From IMG/VR virus record IMGVR_UViG_3300022602_000035: a stretch of DNA of 64,000 nucleotides; one strand, given 5' to 3'. Origin of the DNA: an uncultured virus (IMG/VR IMGVR_UViG_3300022602_000035). Its lineage: Duplodnaviria > Heunggongvirae > Uroviricota > Caudoviricetes. Position numbers and translations under genes: made by a program. This document shows, piece by piece, positions 26,763 to 36,235 of the stretch. Within the stretch, counting starts at the first letter, position 1. The number at the start of each line of letters is the position of its first letter. The notes beneath the pieces were generated by a model that searched no databases, was not told where the DNA came from, and worked only from the letters and a program-made list of their open reading frames with translations.

Positions 26763-27697
26763 TGAAAAAGATCTTAGTCATCGGCGGTAACGGCTATGTT
26801 GGATCTAGATTAAGACAGGTATTAGCACAGGACTACACTGTAGATAGTGTAGACTGCTGCTGGTACAATCACGATGCGGATTCACGTAGAACAGACTATC
26901 ATAACCTTACACAAGAATACTTAAACAACTATGATTGTGTGGTCTTATTGGCTGGGCATAGTAGTGTAGCAAGCTGTGTTGGTTCGATCGACAGTCCATG
27001 GTTAAACAATGTTACCAATTTCAATGATCTAGCAGCCAAGCTATCATGGAAAAACATTCCTTTAATCTACGCAAGTTCTGCAAGCGTCTACGGTAACAGT
27101 GCCCCTGGACAATTGTTTGTGGAATCTAATAGTCAATTTATTCCTGTAAACAACTATGACATTACCAAGTACACACTAGACCTAGAAGCCAAAGTTGCTA
27201 TAGGTCATGAGCAAATGATCATGGGTCTGCGTTTCGGCACAGTAAATGGTTGGGCTCCTAACCTACGTGCTGATGTTATGATCAATGCCATGTATGACAG
27301 TGCTGTATCACAGGGCAAGATCATAGTGACTAATAAACATATTTGCCGTGCCCTACTAGGAATTGAAGATCTATGTCGCGGTGTATGTCACTGTATTGAA
27401 CGTCCAGTAGCGGGCATCTACAACATGGCCAGCTTTACTGCTTCAGTGGAATATATTGCTACCACGGTAGCGGAACAGTTAGATGTACCAGTAGTTGATC
27501 GTGGTACTACTGCCAACGCTTATGATTTTGGATTAGATACTACCCTATTCCAACAAACATTCGGCTTTACATTTACTGAAACTCCAAGTACAATAGTTAA
27601 TAGCCTTAAAGAACGATATGCGGATGCACATGTTGAATACCGCGACAAATATAAAAAATATCAATGGGAACAACCAAATGACATTAGAACACGCTAA
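26762..27697 (+). CDS. NAD-dependent epimerase/dehydratase
   Basis: GGNGYVG, YASSASVYG, YDITK, LRFGTVNG. Confidence 0.88.
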   Translation: MKKILVIGGNGYVGSRLRQVLAQDYTVDSVDCCWYNHDADSRRTDYHNLTQEYLNNYDCVVLLAGHSSVASCVGSIDSPWLNNVTNFNDLAAKLSWKNIPLIYASSASVYGNSAPGQLFVESNSQFIPVNNYDITKYTLDLEAKVAIGHEQMIMGLRFGTVNGWAPNLRADVMINAMYDSAVSQGKIIVTNKHICRALLGIEDLCRGVCHCIERPVAGIYNMASFTASVEYIATTVAEQLDVPVVDRGTTANAYDFGLDTTLFQQTFGFTFTETPSTIVNSLKERYADAHVEYRDKYKKYQWEQPNDIRTR

Positions 27698-28892
27698 AGA
27701 ACTTACTGAATGCCTGTGCTGTGGTAGCACAGACTTAGAATTAACTCTAGACCTAGGCCAACAGCCTATGGCTAATAGTTTTATTGAAACTGAAGATACA
27801 CCTGAACTAACTTTTCCGTTAGTACTTAATCGTTGTACAGCGTGCAGTCACCTACAACTAAGTCACGCAGTTGATCCAGACTTGCTATTTAAAAACTATC
27901 TGTATGTCAGCGGCACAAGTCAAACACTTAAAGATTACTTTGATTGGTTTGCGAACTTTAGCATGGACTACTTTAGCGAAAAGCCAAAGTCAGTTTTAGA
28001 CATTGCCTGTAACGATGGCACGCAGTTAGATTCATTTAAAAAAATTGGCCTAACCACATATGGGGTTGATCCTGCTACAAACTTACATCCATTAAGCTCA
28101 GCTAACCATGAAGTTATCTGTGATTATTTTAAACAAGAACATGTCGATGGATTGAAAGCCAAACAGATCGACATCATCAATGCTCAAAACGTGTTTGCGC
28201 ACAATGACTATCCATTAGAGTTCTTAAAGCAGTGTAAAGAAATCATGCACGATGATAGTGTACTGTTTATCCAAACCAGTCAGGCTAACATGGTAAGAAA
28301 CAATGAGTTTGATACTATCTATCATGAACACTTAAGTTTCTTCTGTGCTAACTCAATGAACGAATTGGCCAAACGTGCAGGACTATATCTAATTGATATT
28401 GTTAAAACACCTATTCACGGTACCAGCTATGTATTTGTGTTTAGCAAGGTAGCACGATCTAATCATGTTCAAAACATTCTAGATGCTGAACGTGCTGAGG
28501 GACTACAAACGCCTCAGACCTACGTAGAATATGCTGAGAAAGCTCGTCAAGTGGTTAAAGATCTCAAAGACACTATTGCTGCATATCGCACAGAGGGCTA
28601 TACTATTATTGGTTATGGTGCGGCAGCTAAAGGTATGACTCTACTGAACTTTGGTAACCTATCATTGGATGTTATCATCGACGACAATCCACTTAAACAG
28701 GGATTGTTTACTCCGGGCATGCATATTCCTGTAGAATCAATTGACTTCTTAGATAACGTAGAAGACCTAAATGTAGCATTTGTACCGTTAGCGTGGAATT
28801 TCTTTGACGAAATTAAACGTAAGATCAAATCTAAACGTGATCGCAGAGAAGACGCATTTATCCGATACTTTCCGACCATAAGTGTAGAATAA
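27678..28892 (+). CDS. NDP-hexose C-methyltransferase-like
   Basis: CLCC Zn site, LDLGQQPMAN, DIACNDG, FDTIYHEH, GYGAAAKG. Confidence 0.88.
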   Translation: MTLEHAKELTECLCCGSTDLELTLDLGQQPMANSFIETEDTPELTFPLVLNRCTACSHLQLSHAVDPDLLFKNYLYVSGTSQTLKDYFDWFANFSMDYFSEKPKSVLDIACNDGTQLDSFKKIGLTTYGVDPATNLHPLSSANHEVICDYFKQEHVDGLKAKQIDIINAQNVFAHNDYPLEFLKQCKEIMHDDSVLFIQTSQANMVRNNEFDTIYHEHLSFFCANSMNELAKRAGLYLIDIVKTPIHGTSYVFVFSKVARSNHVQNILDAERAEGLQTPQTYVEYAEKARQVVKDLKDTIAAYRTEGYTIIGYGAAAKGMTLLNFGNLSLDVIIDDNPLKQGLFTPGMHIPVESIDFLDNVEDLNVAFVPLAWNFFDEIKRKIKSKRDRREDAFIRYFPTISVE

Positions 28893-29689
28893 TGCGTATA
28901 GCAGTTTGCTTTAGCGGACAGATCCGCACAGGAATAGAGTGTGCACCAAATATACTTAGGTATATTGGTGACCTCTTGCCTAATTGCGATTTCTTTGTAC
29001 ATACCTGGGACGTTGAGACAGTAAGTCAAAACACTAACAGAAACAGTGCCATTGCTCCTAATGTACCATTTCCAGTAGATCCCAGAGTGTTTGCGGTATT
29101 CCACACAATATATCAACCTATTACTATGACTGTAGATAGATATCACTCACGTGCTACTGAAGATAGGATGGGCGGCGCACGTATAGATCCAGTTACGGGA
29201 CGTAAACTTGTAGCATGGCTTGAGTCTATTTACGAAGTTAATCTAATGAAAAAGCAGTATGAACAAAAGAATAACTTTACCTATGATTATGTCATACGTA
29301 TTAGGCCTGACATTATATTCTGTGAAGATAAAAGTCTACAGGATGATCTGGCATTAGTCACTGATAATCAAATGTTCTTAACAGGCGAATATATGACTGT
29401 GAATAGACAGGATAGATTAGAAGATATCTTTTGGATCGCGCAATCTAGTGTTATGGATCAATTAGCTGAATTCTACAGTGTTAGAGCAGATGCCAATTGG
29501 GAACAATATGATTTTAGAGTAACACCTAATTATCTGCACACACAAGAACACATGTCTCAATGGGTACACAGTCTAGGACTAACCTACCGACCACTAAATA
29601 ACAACAAACTTAGAATTTATTGGCGTTGTGATTTAGAAGACGGCATGGATCCAATGACCACACAAGGTGACCCAAGGAGAGGGGTGTGA
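28892..29689 (+). CDS. Hypothetical, putative glycosyltransferase-like
   Basis: MRIAVCFSGQIR, FVHTW, YDYVIRIRPD. Confidence 0.6.
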   Translation: MRIAVCFSGQIRTGIECAPNILRYIGDLLPNCDFFVHTWDVETVSQNTNRNSAIAPNVPFPVDPRVFAVFHTIYQPITMTVDRYHSRATEDRMGGARIDPVTGRKLVAWLESIYEVNLMKKQYEQKNNFTYDYVIRIRPDIIFCEDKSLQDDLALVTDNQMFLTGEYMTVNRQDRLEDIFWIAQSSVMDQLAEFYSVRADANWEQYDFRVTPNYLHTQEHMSQWVHSLGLTYRPLNNNKLRIYWRCDLEDGMDPMTTQGDPRRGV

Positions 29690-30567
29690 AAAAAACATTA
29701 GTTAGTCATTTTTATAATGAAGCATGGTTATTGCCGCATTGGTTAAAGCATCATAGAGAAATATTTGATCATGGTATTATGATTGACTATCGTAGTACTG
29801 ATCGTAGTTGTGAGATTATCCGAGAACTATGCCCGACTTGGGAAATACGACTTACTCGTAATGCAGATTTTTCTGCATCCAGTGTTGACAGTGAAGTTGC
29901 AGAAATCGAAAGAACTATTGAAGGTTGGCGCACCACTTTAAATACTACAGAATTCCTAATCGGCAATTATGATCACTTAAATGATGATCCTAATCCTAGG
30001 CAAATTTTTGTTGAACAGTACATGTTTGTTGATATGGAACGCCGAGATGAACCTTATTACCTAACCAGCGACCTACCATTATATAAACAGCGTTGGCATG
30101 GTTATGGTCCAGAAAAATGGGATCACACTAAAACACAAGCATATGGTAGTGTTACTCGTCCTGCACGCAGTGTACACAATCATGCAATCGACTACAATGC
30201 CGATGGCGGAACATTAGGTAGACATTTTTGGAATCAGAAAGCAACATATCCTGATTTGGCTATTTTCTATTATGGATATGCAAGTCTAGAGGAAGGCTGC
30301 ATTAAACGTAAAATGCAAATCCAGACGCAGATTCCTAGTGGTGGCACTAACCATCATTTTAACTTAGATCAATTAATGGATCGATTTAAACGAGAACAGC
30401 AACCTTTAAGCAGTGATATACGAGCACAGATCAAACCATTGGTTGATGCACATGAAAATTATCTATTCTGTAAAAATCAACCAGTTAAAGTTGATTTTAC
30501 AGAACATAAAACTAATATTCAAAATGCAATTGATGTACTAAACACAACATTAAGCAAATTACAATGA
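29686..30567 (+). CDS. Glycosyltransferase family 2-like
   Basis: HFYNEAWLLPHWLKHH, IDYRSTDRS. Confidence 0.75.
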   Translation: MKKTLVSHFYNEAWLLPHWLKHHREIFDHGIMIDYRSTDRSCEIIRELCPTWEIRLTRNADFSASSVDSEVAEIERTIEGWRTTLNTTEFLIGNYDHLNDDPNPRQIFVEQYMFVDMERRDEPYYLTSDLPLYKQRWHGYGPEKWDHTKTQAYGSVTRPARSVHNHAIDYNADGGTLGRHFWNQKATYPDLAIFYYGYASLEEGCIKRKMQIQTQIPSGGTNHHFNLDQLMDRFKREQQPLSSDIRAQIKPLVDAHENYLFCKNQPVKVDFTEHKTNIQNAIDVLNTTLSKLQ

Positions 30568-31346
30568 AAAAAACTATATTGTGTCATTTCTATAACGAGG
30601 AATACATGTTACCTTGGTTCCTTAACCATCACAAGCAGATATTTGATCATGGCATAATGATTGACTATCATAGTACCGATCGTAGTCGTGAGATCATTCG
30701 AGAACTTTGTCCTACATGGGACATTGTAACAAGCCGTAACCCAAACTTCCAAGCAGATCTAATTGATACAGAAGTAGAAGACCTAGAACGTGATATTGAT
30801 GGATGGCGTATCTGTTTAAATGTTACAGAACAGTTAATCGGTGACTACACTATCATGGATGAAGTACCTAATAGTCAAATCTTAGTACCTAGTATCTTTA
30901 TGGTAGACTGTGACTGTGAACGTGCAGTTACACATGACCTACCATTGTACGAACAAAAGTTTGATGGCTTTATGTTTGACACACAGGCTAACTTTTTAGA
31001 ACGTCGAGCCCGTAGCCTACATAATTATAATGTACACTATCCAGCACAGTCGACCTATGAGTGTATGGCTCCGGGTCGACACTTTAACAGTGCCAACACA
31101 GAGCGTTTGGCTATATTATACTATGGTTGGTGCCCAATGGATGATGGTGGCTTTGCACGCAAGCTACAGATACAGACTCAGATACCCCTAATTGATCGAC
31201 AACTTAATCGTGGTTTTCATCATATAACAAATAAAGAAACATTAATCTATAGATTGGAAAACGAGTTCATTCCTCGTTCAAGAGATATATCAAAGGAAAT
31301 AACGGAATATGTCAACAAACACAAAGATCTTACAACTGTTTTATAA
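30564..31346 (+). CDS. Glycosyltransferase family 2-like (tandem paralogue)
   Basis: HFYNEEYMLPWFLNHH, IDYHSTDRS. Confidence 0.75.
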   Translation: MKKTILCHFYNEEYMLPWFLNHHKQIFDHGIMIDYHSTDRSREIIRELCPTWDIVTSRNPNFQADLIDTEVEDLERDIDGWRICLNVTEQLIGDYTIMDEVPNSQILVPSIFMVDCDCERAVTHDLPLYEQKFDGFMFDTQANFLERRARSLHNYNVHYPAQSTYECMAPGRHFNSANTERLAILYYGWCPMDDGGFARKLQIQTQIPLIDRQLNRGFHHITNKETLIYRLENEFIPRSRDISKEITEYVNKHKDLTTVL

Positions 31347-32142
31347 GACTGAACAACTTGCACACATAGACGGTGCATTTACTCCCTATGATAATACAGC
31401 TAATCCTCGTCCAGAATTACGTGAATGGTATATCTGGGATAAAGAATACGAAAACCTACGCGGACAAGGTCTAGACTATTGGGGATTTGTCAGCTGGAAG
31501 TTTAAAGATAAGACCAATCTAAGAGGACAAGATGTACTAAAACACATTGATGACAATCCTGGATATGATGTTTATCTGTTTAATCCCTGTATCATCAACG
31601 AAGCATGTTTTGTCAATAGTTGGGAGCAAGGTGACTATCATCATCCCAACATCAGCGACATCGGTAATACGTTTTTAATCAAACTAGGCTACGAAGATGT
31701 TGATGTAAAAAGTACACTATTAGATCGTACACGCACTGTGTTTGCTAACTATGTAGTAGGTAATCAAAAGTTCTGGGATAAGTTTATGGAATTCAGCCGT
31801 AGGTTGTTTTCAGAAGCAGAGCTAGATGCATACTTTAAACATCAGGTGTTTGGTGCAGGGTTGAGTAGATACGCAGGTGATCCAAGCCTGCCTAATTTTA
31901 CATTTTTAATTGAACGATTAATTCCGACATTTTTAGATCTAGAAGAATTTAATGTCTGCCCTTATCAACATACACCAGAAACAGTACATGACAAATATAA
32001 GGCAGTTTTCGACGAAATTCTAGTACTTTCGGACCTAAAAATGCTAACAAATCGCTATGATAGTGACGAATTATATCGCATTTGGAACTACTCTAGACAT
32101 AAGTTTTTATCGGAAAATCCTGGTATTTTGGGATTAGAGTAG
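31309..32142 (+). CDS. Hypothetical protein in glycan cluster
   Basis: 277-aa ORF, YWGFVSWKF, FLIERL. Confidence 0.65.
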   Translation: MSTNTKILQLFYKTEQLAHIDGAFTPYDNTANPRPELREWYIWDKEYENLRGQGLDYWGFVSWKFKDKTNLRGQDVLKHIDDNPGYDVYLFNPCIINEACFVNSWEQGDYHHPNISDIGNTFLIKLGYEDVDVKSTLLDRTRTVFANYVVGNQKFWDKFMEFSRRLFSEAELDAYFKHQVFGAGLSRYAGDPSLPNFTFLIERLIPTFLDLEEFNVCPYQHTPETVHDKYKAVFDEILVLSDLKMLTNRYDSDELYRIWNYSRHKFLSENPGILGLE

Positions 32143-32223
32143 TTATCCCAAATAACTCACAGTTAAGTATGCACTAAAAGGTGAAAATCCTGGCATACAT
32201 ACTTAACGTTCGGAGGAATCAGA

Positions 32224-32427
32224 ATGACACAAACTACACAGGAGAAGTATTACTGTGCGGGGCGAGCTTGCGATAAACGCGATACATGCCACAGACATAC
32301 CAGTAGCATGTCAGTAAATAACGCAGACTTTAATGATTATGATTTAGTAATGATTAGAGAAATGCCAAAGCCCTGTCAATTTTATATAGACCGCAATCAA
32401 GCAACAGGTCTAGCACCAGCAAACTAA
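32224..32427 (+). CDS. Small Cys-rich protein
   Basis: GGAGG SD; C-x4-C-x4-C...C. Confidence 0.6.
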   Translation: MTQTTQEKYYCAGRACDKRDTCHRHTSSMSVNNADFNDYDLVMIREMPKPCQFYIDRNQATGLAPAN

Positions 32428-32463
32428 ATCAATAACTAAGACAACACTAACAGGAGGAAGAGT

Positions 32464-32982
32464 ATGCGAGTACTAACGACCTGGGCAATAATGTCCTTGG
32501 CAATTCTACAGATGAATGTAGCAGTAGCAAAAGAACCGAGTATAGACAGTCAATTACTATGCTTGGCAAAGAATATCTATTATGAAGCAGGATTAGAGTC
32601 ACGTGAAGGTATGATAGCAGTAGCGCAGGTTACTCTTAATCGCGCCGAAGACGAGAAGTTTCCTAAAACTGTCTGTGGAGTAGTAAATCAAAAAACTCAA
32701 GTAACTGTGGTTAAAGAAAATCAAGCCGCAGTTCGAACAGTATGTCAATTTTCGTGGGTATGTAACCCACCAGCACCAGTCAAGTTTGTCAGTGATCGTT
32801 GGCAGGCAAGTCTAGCAGTGGCCAAGGAAGTTATGTATTCTGGGCTACGAATAAACAATGATGCCATGGCAGAAGCACTGTATTTCCATAATACCCGTGC
32901 TAGGCCAAATTGGGGCTTGGAACGTGTTGCCCGCATAGGCAATCATGTTTTCTATAGTGACGACAAAGTAGCAAGTAAATAG
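32464..32982 (+). CDS. Cell wall hydrolase (SleB / Hydrolase_2)
   Basis: CLAKNIYYEA, VAQVTLNR, CQFSW, RIGNHVFY. Confidence 0.9.
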   Translation: MRVLTTWAIMSLAILQMNVAVAKEPSIDSQLLCLAKNIYYEAGLESREGMIAVAQVTLNRAEDEKFPKTVCGVVNQKTQVTVVKENQAAVRTVCQFSWVCNPPAPVKFVSDRWQASLAVAKEVMYSGLRINNDAMAEALYFHNTRARPNWGLERVARIGNHVFYSDDKVASK

Positions 32983-33713
32983 TGTACATGTCGTACAAAT
33001 CCAAACATCTATTATTGATCATAATCAGCGCAATGTTAGCAATAACATTGCCTTTTTATGTGACCTTACCGCACTACGCTCTATTAATAATATTTGTCAT
33101 GTACTTCTTAACCAAAGGTCTAGGCAGTGAAGTGGGTGCGCATAGACTATGGAGTCATCGTAGTTTTACCACAACTTGGTTTTGGGAAAGGGTGTTAATT
33201 GTATTGGATACTCTAAGTGGGGAAGGTAGCATAGTTGCCTTTACAGGCATTCACAGACTGCATCATGCTCATTCTGACACAGCCCTAGATCCACACAATC
33301 CACATACGCACTTTTGGTCGACAATATTCTATCAACACGATACCAGCTTGTTCAGCGCACGTGTGATCAAAGATCTAATTAAAGATCCTTGGTTGATGTG
33401 GCAACACAAAAACTATTTTAATTGTCAATTGATCATCGGTCTAGTGTTAGCAGTAGTATCGCTAACAGCACTTTGGTTCTATGCAGTTAATGTATTGTTT
33501 ACTCTATGGATTAACTTCTTGGTTGATGTTGTCTGTCATTGTTATGGTTCAAATGACAATAGTCTAGACAATACCAGTAAGAACAACGTTTGGGCAGAAG
33601 TATTCTTATTAGGGGTAGGACATCATAACAATCATCACGCTCGCCCGGGCAATTCTTCAAATTCCAAATATGACCTTTGGGGTCGCATCATCAACCTAAT
33701 AAAAACTTCTTGA
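32982..33713 (+). CDS. Fatty acid desaturase (delta-9-like)
   Basis: GAHRLWSHRSF, HRLHH, DPHNP, HHNNHH. Confidence 0.9.
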   Translation: MYMSYKSKHLLLIIISAMLAITLPFYVTLPHYALLIIFVMYFLTKGLGSEVGAHRLWSHRSFTTTWFWERVLIVLDTLSGEGSIVAFTGIHRLHHAHSDTALDPHNPHTHFWSTIFYQHDTSLFSARVIKDLIKDPWLMWQHKNYFNCQLIIGLVLAVVSLTALWFYAVNVLFTLWINFLVDVVCHCYGSNDNSLDNTSKNNVWAEVFLLGVGHHNNHHARPGNSSNSKYDLWGRIINLIKTS

Positions 33714-33770
33714 CAATCTAACCTATATAGTTTATAATAGGGGTCATTCAGTCAGATAAGGTATTACCAA

Positions 33771-33998
33771 ATGGCCCTAGAAGTCCTTAAAGAAGTAACT
33801 GTGTGGTCTGTTGATTATCGCCAGCCTAATCATGTTTACCTAATGAGTGGTGAACGTGTTGTAGGTTATCAAAAGTGGGGCCAAGGTGCTCCGATCTATT
33901 ATACTACAAAACAAAAACTAGACAAGCGTGGTCGCAAGTTTGTCAAAGTGCCCTTGAAAGATAGTCCGTTTAAAACGGTTGACATTTTGGTTAAATGA
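33771..33998 (+). CDS. Hypothetical protein
   Basis: Promoter TTGACA-17-TATAAT upstream; PNHVY motif. Confidence 0.7.
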   Translation: MALEVLKEVTVWSVDYRQPNHVYLMSGERVVGYQKWGQGAPIYYTTKQKLDKRGRKFVKVPLKDSPFKTVDILVK

Positions 33999-34034
33999 TT
34001 GTATAATCTTACACATACACTAACAACACAGGAA
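33977..34034 (+). repeat. 58-bp promoter/leader repeat, copy 1
   Basis: GGTTGACATTTTGGTTAAATGATTGTATAAT...CACAGGAA; 2 mismatches to copy 2. Confidence 0.9.
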
Positions 34035-34040
34035 CAACAA

Positions 34041-34328
34041 ATGAAAAACTTAGCACAGTACATTGAACGTAAAAATGCTTGGGCACGTATTTTCAATAAT
34101 CCAGTTTATGATGTAAACAACCTGTCAGAACGTGATTGTCAAAATTTATACGATAGCTTAGACAATGATCTAAGCCCAGAGAACTTAGCCTGCGACGGTG
34201 AACGTAGTGGTGCACAAGTTCGTCAATTTGCACGTTTTTATAATGCGGCAGCTAAAGAGTTAGTTAAAATAATTCGCGCTAACGACTATACGATTCCATA
34301 CTCAGATTTCCGTGAACTTAGATATTAA
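34041..34328 (+). CDS. Hypothetical early protein
   Basis: LSPENLACDGE motif; follows repeat promoter. Confidence 0.75.
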   Translation: MKNLAQYIERKNAWARIFNNPVYDVNNLSERDCQNLYDSLDNDLSPENLACDGERSGAQVRQFARFYNAAAKELVKIIRANDYTIPYSDFRELRY

Positions 34329-34342
34329 CAGTTGGAGTAATT

Positions 34343-34648
34343 ATGAGTTTCTGGGCACCACAAACTAATAAAGAATCTAAAGCACTAAGCAAGCTAATCG
34401 AAGATCCTACAGAATTTGCTAAGATCTTAGAACGTAGAAAAGATCTAAATCTATTAGCAGAATTAGCAAAACTTCATGACACAATGCGAGATGCATTTGC
34501 TGATCCTATCCAAGCACAAGCCCATCGGACAAACGTAGTTTGTTTGTATCATGACACGGGTGTAGTTGCGGCCTGCGACAAATTAGCAGAAGAATACCAA
34601 GTTGATGCTTGGTGGTGTTACGGATCAACTAACCCATTTAGTCATTAA
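34343..34648 (+). CDS. Hypothetical protein
   Basis: GGAG SD. Confidence 0.7.
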   Translation: MSFWAPQTNKESKALSKLIEDPTEFAKILERRKDLNLLAELAKLHDTMRDAFADPIQAQAHRTNVVCLYHDTGVVAACDKLAEEYQVDAWWCYGSTNPFSH

Positions 34649-34654
34649 CATTTT

Positions 34655-34712
34655 GGTTGACATTTTGGTTAAATGACTGTATAATGTTACACATACACTA
34701 ACAACACAGGAA
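34655..34712 (+). repeat. 58-bp promoter/leader repeat, copy 2
   Basis: Matches 33977-34034. Confidence 0.9.
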
Positions 34713-34719
34713 GAATAAT

Positions 34720-34926
34720 ATGTTTGAAACTTGCGTAAAACAGTATGTTTTAATTACATTAAACAGCATTAAAGTTAAAGCAGAATTCTTCTCAGGTACC
34801 TTGTTTGTTCGCACTATTACAGAGCAAGAAGCAACAGCAGTTCTACACGTTTTAATTGAAAAAGTAGGTGCTGTGGAGATGAACGCAATTGGTGACACTG
34901 GCGAATACACATACGATTTTATCTAA
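34720..34926 (+). CDS. Hypothetical protein
   Basis: Follows repeat promoter. Confidence 0.65.
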   Translation: MFETCVKQYVLITLNSIKVKAEFFSGTLFVRTITEQEATAVLHVLIEKVGAVEMNAIGDTGEYTYDFI

Positions 34927-34937
34927 GGAGCAACAAC

Positions 34938-35147
34938 ATGGCAAGTCAGGTAATTTTAACCCTACGTTGGGACGATGAAGGCGAAGCTAAGATTAATTTT
35001 GATGGCATGGATAAATTATATGGCATCGAAAAAGCAGACTTCTTAGATGATGTAATCTACATGTTAACTGAACATCGAGAACATCTCGGCAGTAACTGGG
35101 CAGAGGATTACGCAGACCTGGATGCAATTGCCTACGGTCAAAAATAG
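34938..35147 (+). CDS. Hypothetical acidic protein
   Basis: AAGGAG SD. Confidence 0.65.
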   Translation: MASQVILTLRWDDEGEAKINFDGMDKLYGIEKADFLDDVIYMLTEHREHLGSNWAEDYADLDAIAYGQK

Positions 35148-35212
35148 GTTGACAAGCACGGGCAGAGGTGTTATAGTTACGAATACTTAGAAAACAACAA
35201 AAGGAGCAATAA

Positions 35213-36235
35213 ATGACTGGTTTTGTTAAAATTAAAAATGGTAGCTATCGCAACACAGCAATTACTAACGAAGTATTTCCACTGGTAAAACATTACACTG
35301 TTGGTACTAAAGGCGGTTTTATTACTGTCGACGGCACAGGCATGTTTGGCAAGGATAAAATTAGAGTGTTAGTAGATGCACCTACTGATTTTGAATTTGT
35401 ACACGCAGACGAATACACAGGCGTAGTGCAGACTAAAGAAGTAGACGGACACGCAGGACAAACAGACGAAGAACGTATTGCTGATATTGGCGCACGTTTT
35501 GAAATGCTAGATGAAATGACCAAGGCTGTGCTTAATGGCGACATTAGAGCAGTAATTGTGTCAGGACCTCCAGGTGTAGGTAAAAGCTACACAGTAGAAG
35601 GACAAATTGAACGTGCTAATATGTTTGCTAACATTAGCAACACAAAACCCAAACACGAAGTAGTTAAAGGTAGCGCAAGTGCTATTGGTTTGTACAAAAA
35701 ATTGTATGAATACAGCGATGAAAACAGTGTATTAGTATTTGACGACTGCGACAGCATCTTGTTTGATGATGTTAGTTTGAACTTGCTTAAAGGTGCGCTA
35801 GACAGTGGTAAGTCACGTAAGATTAGTTGGTTGTCAGAAAGTCGTGTGCTTAAACAAGAAGACATCCCAACAAGTTTCCAATTTAAAGGTAGTGTAATTT
35901 TTATTACTAACTTAAAATTTGATGCTGTTAAGTCACAACGTCTTAAGGATCACTTGGAAGCACTACAATCACGCTGTCACTATTTAGATTTGACCTTAGA
36001 CACTATGCGTGATAAGATTTTGCGTATTAGACAGATTGCTCGACAAGGCGCCATGTTTGAAGACTTGGGCATTGGTGATATTGGGCAAGAAATTATTATT
36101 GATTTCTTAGATGCTAATCAAAACAAAATGCGTGAGATGAGTTTGCGCATGGCTATTAAGGTAGCGCAGTTATACAAGAGTTTCCCTAATACATGGGAAG
36201 CAATGGCTCGTACAACTTGTATGAAAGCAGCTTAA
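35213..36235 (+). CDS. AAA+ family ATPase
   Basis: Walker A GPPGVGKS, Walker B VLVFDD, IFITN, ALQSR. Confidence 0.85.
   Translation: MTGFVKIKNGSYRNTAITNEVFPLVKHYTVGTKGGFITVDGTGMFGKDKIRVLVDAPTDFEFVHADEYTGVVQTKEVDGHAGQTDEERIADIGARFEMLDEMTKAVLNGDIRAVIVSGPPGVGKSYTVEGQIERANMFANISNTKPKHEVVKGSASAIGLYKKLYEYSDENSVLVFDDCDSILFDDVSLNLLKGALDSGKSRKISWLSESRVLKQEDIPTSFQFKGSVIFITNLKFDAVKSQRLKDHLEALQSRCHYLDLTLDTMRDKILRIRQIARQGAMFEDLGIGDIGQEIIIDFLDANQNKMREMSLRMAIKVAQLYKSFPNTWEAMARTTCMKAA

Noticed and set aside
28613..29146. 177-aa minus-strand ORF and similar antisense ORFs (e.g. 2164-2601, 56511-56885, 63065-63436)
   Set aside because: Lie opposite well-supported genes and have no motifs or expression signals
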